NCBI GenBank assembly: GCA_001724265.1
Contig: MEDY01000334.1
Location: forward strand, 1-35,430
Source of the DNA: Rhizaria sp. SCN 62-66
Taxonomy: Eukaryota
DNA length: 35,430 nucleotides
Direction: 5' to 3'
Under the pieces are notes generated by a model that saw only the letters and a program-made list of their open reading frames with translations, made no database searches and was not told the DNA's origin. This document shows positions 30,958 to 35,430 of the stretch, in pieces. Within the stretch, counting starts at the first letter, position 1. Every line of letters begins with the position of its first letter. Both the position numbers and the translations under genes were made by a program.

Positions 30958-32617
30958 ATGTTGACAGGAACTTCTCGCACATCCTCGCGCACCGGGTATC
31001 ACTCTAGCGGCCAGTCTTCTGCCGCTGGTCCCAACGGCGGCTACGCTAATAACGCCACGAACGCTCCAAATGCGCCGCCTTCCCGCGCCGGCACCGCCCG
31101 CGGCCGTTCCCGCTCGGGCTCGCGCCCCGCGACCTCTCACGGCTCGGCCTCTGGCGGCGGCATTGCCCGGTCGAGCACGTCGCGCTCCCCGCGCCGCCCG
31201 CTGCACCGGCAGCACTGGGACGACTCCGAGGACAACCAGACGAACCGCAACATCGCGGCGCACCGGTGGCACCGCGAGTACTTCATCAACCAGGGCGAGG
31301 TCATCAAGGACTGGACGCCGCGCGATCCCGTTAAGCGGACCGAGTTCCTGCACCGGTTTGCGCACTACCGCGGCACGCGCGATCCCAGCTTCAGCCACGC
31401 TGCGGCCGAGGACGGCTGGAACCAGCGCGCCGGCGTTGAAGCGGCCATGTACAACCACCAGATCCACGCGTACCGGCGCTACCCGGCCGGCAGCATCGAC
31501 ACAGACTCGCGAACCACGCGTGTCGCCGGCATTTCGGCGTCGGTGGCCGAGAAAGACTCTCCGTTTCTCAACAACAGGCCCGATTTGCAGGCAGCGCAGG
31601 CCAGGTACGTGTGCAGCTTATTCGATCTACATCGCATTCACATGTGATTTTTAGATATTATTATGTAGATTAGTATAAGTTTTACTATCACATGCTTATC
31701 CGTTGGATTTATATTGGTATACTCATGTTTGCTTATTATATTCTTGTATTTGTGTGCTTTCATAGGGTTCTCGCGACGTACCGCCACCCCTACACTCCCG
31801 CGCACTCGCGCGATCGTGGGCAGCCCTGGTCCGTGCAGACCGCGGCGCGGATTGCCACATCCCGTGCGCACGCGACGGCGCCGCTCGCAGTCGTTGCGGA
31901 CCCCGTCTCTGCGCGTCAGGTACGTGTCGCCATTACTCGTCGGCGAAAGTGTCACTTTCCTTATATCAATGCTATCCTGGCACATATTTCTTCTTTGAGA
32001 AATTGTTTATATATTGTGTTATGTCACATCAGTTACATTAAATTCATCTTTTTATCTCTAAACTCGCATCATTGATGTAAACAACCTCTGTTTGCCTTTT
32101 GTATCACGTCGTTGTTTGCTGATCTCAGAACCTGCGCCCGATTAACGGCCCCGGCGCCCCGTTCCCGACTCCGCCGCGGTGGGGCGCCGACGCGGCGGCC
32201 GTGGAGCGCGGCCCGGCGCCCAGCGATCCCGTGGCTGCGGGCGTGAGTGCGCGCGAGTCTGTGCTGCTGCAGTACCACCCGCGCGTGCAGCTGGGGCAGC
32301 CGCAGGCGTACGTGGAGCGCAACCCGTGGGTGAGCGCGCACAGGGCCGCCGCGCCTCTCTACCAGCACCAGCAACAACAGCAACAGCAGCAGCAGCAGCA
32401 AGGGGGGTATGACCAGGGGTACGAGGACGGGTACCAGCAGCAGCAGCAGCAGCAATACCAGGGATACAACCAGCAAGGCCAGGGCCACTACTTCCAGGGG
32501 CAGGGACAGGGACAAAGCTACGGCCAGAGTCAGGACTACGATCAGCAGCCCCAGCGCATGCGCACTCAGCGCTCGCAACAGCAACAGCAGCAACAGGGGA
32601 TGTCGATGCCGGCTTGA
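30958..32617 (+). CDS. Hypothetical 429-aa protein with a basic, low-structure N-terminal region and a Q/G/Y-rich C-terminal tail
   Basis: Exons 30958-31604, 31766-31919 and 32129-32617. Introns are GTACGT...CATAG (phase 2) and GTACGT...CTCAG (phase 0), and the frames join without stops. A possible 5'-UTR intron lies at 30826-30931. Confidence 0.8.
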
Positions 32618-32856
32618 GCGTGCACCAATAGACTGCTCGCTTGCGAGCTCACGAATTTCCAGTCCTTGCTGCGAAGTTGAAGGTGACTTGAAGATGTGCA
32701 CGATTGCATCTGAGCGACAGCAATAGTTCGATTGGCCAGAAGTGCATTAATAATACGCTTCTGTGATTACCCACGTTGGAACGTGTTTTGACCAATAAAA
32801 ATCCATCGGAAAAGTTGACATAGCAAATCTCTACACTTACTTTTGTTGCTACGAAC

Positions 32857-32860
<4 letters not shown>

Positions 32861-32888
<28 letters not shown>
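32861..32888. repeat. T28 homopolymer
   Basis: 28 consecutive T. Confidence 0.95.
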
Positions 32889-34106
32889 CTATCGGCGCGT
32901 TTTCTTTTCGTTCTCAATGATTAAGAGACCGATCGGCGGGGAAATCTTTTATAGACGAATACCAGATTACCTCAGTGAACAGTGTCAGACTCGTCGTAAC
33001 AAAGAGTGACTGTGCTCAGCCTCAAAGTCTGGCCGCTTTGGTGGCCGCGGAAAATCGAGATGACGGCCACGCATGCAAAGCAAAAATCACTCGTTTGAAG
33101 CCTATTTCATCGCAGCTTTGCGCGCGGCAATTAACCCAGGATATACAACAGCACCGACAACCATGATTTAATATCATGGTCCACGGGGACCCTCGCAATA
33201 CCGCCTCGTTATCCTTTTTAGAACGCAGCGCAACTCGCCCCCCCATTCACGAAGGTTCGTCCTCATCTTTCTCTGCCTTTGCGAGTCATACTCGGACTCT
33301 GGGACTTTAATTTGCCCAGATTCGGATGTCATGGCGAGCATTTTTGCTTGTTTGTGCTGTTGGAAATGATGAATTAATAATTTGCGTCAGATACTGGGGA
33401 CGGAGTGGAACACGCCTGTTCCGCAACATACTCCCTTTCTACTGGAGACGAAGTCTATTATGCGACTTATCCAACACTAAAATCAAATATCTTTGTACGC
33501 ACTAGCTATCTCTTAACGCCATATACTCATCTAGTTCCTTTTGTTCGACACTGTTCTTTTTTTTGCGCTACAGCACTAGAAATGGACCCACATGGGTGCT
33601 CCTAGACGGTGCTTCCGTTCAGTTTTGCGTGATTTGAAAGGCTTGATAGTCTCTCGTTTGCTTTGTAAAGCGTCGAAATGGTTGCTTTCTTCAACTTCGA
33701 TAGATGTAGTGTGTCTGATAGTCTTGCTTGATCGCTCAAATGCCTCTTTGGTGCGAGTGCGCTATCATAACTGGGATCTGATGTGATTGTTGTTTGGTTT
33801 ATTACAACCACAACTGTCACTTTTGTGACAAAGAATACATAGTATCTCACCAGCACTCTTTTTTATCTCTCTTTTCGTGACTTGATTTGCCTAAAAATGT
33901 CTTATTATGCGTTAAAAGTTTTCTTTTGTTTCATGTCGGTCGGCTGCGATTCGATCAATCATGGCAAAGCGAGATCAATGAAGCAGTCCGCTAGGTGAAT
34001 TCTAATCGTGCCGTTGCAGAGAGACTTCGAAACCGACGCTCATTTCTAACATGTTGCTCTTATTTTTAATAATATACCCTCCAGACCTTGTTGGTGCAGC
34101 GAGTTG

Positions 34107-35050
34107 ATGGCGTCCTACTCCTATCAGCCTGCACACACCATGGACAACGCTCCTGACCAGGAAGATTCTGTCTCGCAGTCACACCGCGACCGCTACTTTC
34201 CCCGCACACCTGCTCCTGGTCCCTCTAATGAGGACTTGTCCCGTCCCGATGACATCTACCAGTACGTCGTCAAAACCGGTTCAAAGCAAAGCAAGAGAAG
34301 AACATGGAACCCCTCCCTCGTTGTTGCTTCACTTTGTTCTCTCTTCTGTTGTTGCTGCGCTCTTTATCAACTGTCCTCATGCCTCTCGTCTTCAATCTGA
34401 GCTTTCCTGTAATCGCCACACTTTTTCACCTTGTTTTCTTTCTTAATATCAACTACATTATATGCCTATTTGTTGCTTCTGCTATTGATCTTCATGTGCC
34501 TGACAGTCAGCGCTTCCCGTTTTCCATCGTGTGGGCTCCTCTGCCTGTGATCACGTGGATCCTCCCTTTTATCGGCCACCTGGGCGTCACCGACTCGCAC
34601 GGCCGTGTCCACGACTTCCAGTCCGCCTACAGCGTCGTCACCGACTCGTTCATGACCGGCGACGTGCTCAAAACATACCGGTTCTCGCCCGCCCAGCTCC
34701 GCGGCGCCCTACCCAGCAACGGCAACAACGTTGGCGGGAGCGCGAGTGCGGGCAGCAGCAACAGTAACGCCGCGCTGACGGTCGGCCAGGCGTGGGACCG
34801 CGCGGTGCACTCGTCCGACCGCAAGTACGAGCAGACGATCCACAACATCTGCTGCAACAACTGCCACCACCACACCGCCGACGCGCTCACCGCCTTCGGC
34901 TTCCCCCATACCATGCTGGGCGCCTGGGCGCTCATCACGTTCCGAGGCCGCTACACGTCGTGGGGCGCGCTGCTGTGCACGTACATCCCGCTTCTGATCA
35001 TCATCGCCATCGCGCTCGCGCTCGGCCTCGGGCTTGGGCTCAAGCGCTGA
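34107..35050 (+). CDS. TMEM222: TMEM222 / RTE1-like (DUF778) membrane protein, about 232 aa
   Basis: Exons 34107-34261 and 34507-35050, with a phase-2 intron GTACGT...GACAG. Motifs: RFPFSIVWAPLPVITWILPFIGHLG, VHDF, WDRAV and HNICCNNCHHH, followed by a C-terminal hydrophobic helix. Confidence 0.92.
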
Positions 35051-35430
35051 CCACCGCTGACGCTGACCGCTAAGTCTAAGATGAGTCAACTCCAATGCTG
35101 GTAAGTGAGCAACATCGAAATGGGTCGTGAGACACTCGATAGACAGTGCTAGCTATCAGTTGTGAGTCCACACTCCTGCTCCTAACGCGTTAACCGATTT
35201 AAACGGTCCCTCGGCTTGTTTCGCGCTCATGTGTGGATACTGTTGTGTCGCGCTCTATTACAGGCCAGCAGCGTGGGGCCCAACAACAGCAGAGTTACAA
35301 ATAATAAACAAGGCCAACGTTTAAAACCCTAAATGCTACATTTTTTTCTAATCTGACGTAATATTGTACTAGTAATACAAGATACGTGCCTCATCTTTCT
35401 CTAGTTCTCAAGAACAACAACAAACATGTG

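Noticed and set aside
780-34110. Spliced-leader trans-splicing, suggested by pyrimidine tract plus AG just upstream of many ATGs
   Set aside because: Plausible cis donors exist upstream in several cases (17514 in ENT, 30826, about 33995), and gene orientation alternates rather than forming polycistronic arrays. It cannot be excluded without 5'-end cDNA, but it is not needed.
34304-34506. Hydrophobic N-terminus of the 248-aa ORF in the track
   Set aside because: It is translated T-rich intron sequence. The spliced model (34107-34261 plus 34507-35050) fits TMEM222 better.
4775-35050. Genome-wide reassignment of stop codons
   Set aside because: ORFs of 925-2187 codons contain no internal stops, and TAA and TGA end conserved proteins at expected positions. 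Only a rarely used TAG sense codon remains possible.
1-35430. CRISPR arrays, tRNA/rRNA genes, transposase or reverse transcriptase genes
   Set aside because: I saw no regularly spaced repeats, RNA gene signatures or mobile-element protein motifs. The repeats present are coding microsatellites or short tandem duplications.

Overview
This is eukaryotic genomic DNA, probably from a flagellated protist. Coding exons are GC-rich, introns and spacers are more AT- and pyrimidine-rich, and the GT-AG introns are 86-245 nt with a dominant GTACGT donor. About nine to ten genes can be modelled: a large signal-peptide, GPI-type surface protein (802-5947, +) interrupted by one in-frame TAG; a small two-exon orphan (8235-8687, -); the ER Hsp70-family chaperone GRP170/HYOU1 ending in KDEL (10283-13060, -); a 125-aa triple zinc-finger protein (13949-14746, +); an equilibrative nucleoside transporter (15850-17574, -); a PH plus TLDc protein (18575-23365, +); a greatly expanded CFAP221/PCDP1 (23802-30365, -); a 429-aa orphan with a Q/G/Y-rich tail (30958-32617, +); and TMEM222 (34107-35050, +). 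The most unusual signal is that two secretory-pathway genes each have a single stop codon followed by hundreds of coding-like codons in the same frame: 357 after the HYOU1 KDEL-TGA and 389 after the TAG of the surface protein. In both, the stop sits where bypassing it would change the protein's localisation. Readthrough, alternative splicing, and nonsense mutation or sequence error cannot be separated from the DNA alone. Family assignments come from motif recognition by eye, not from database searches.
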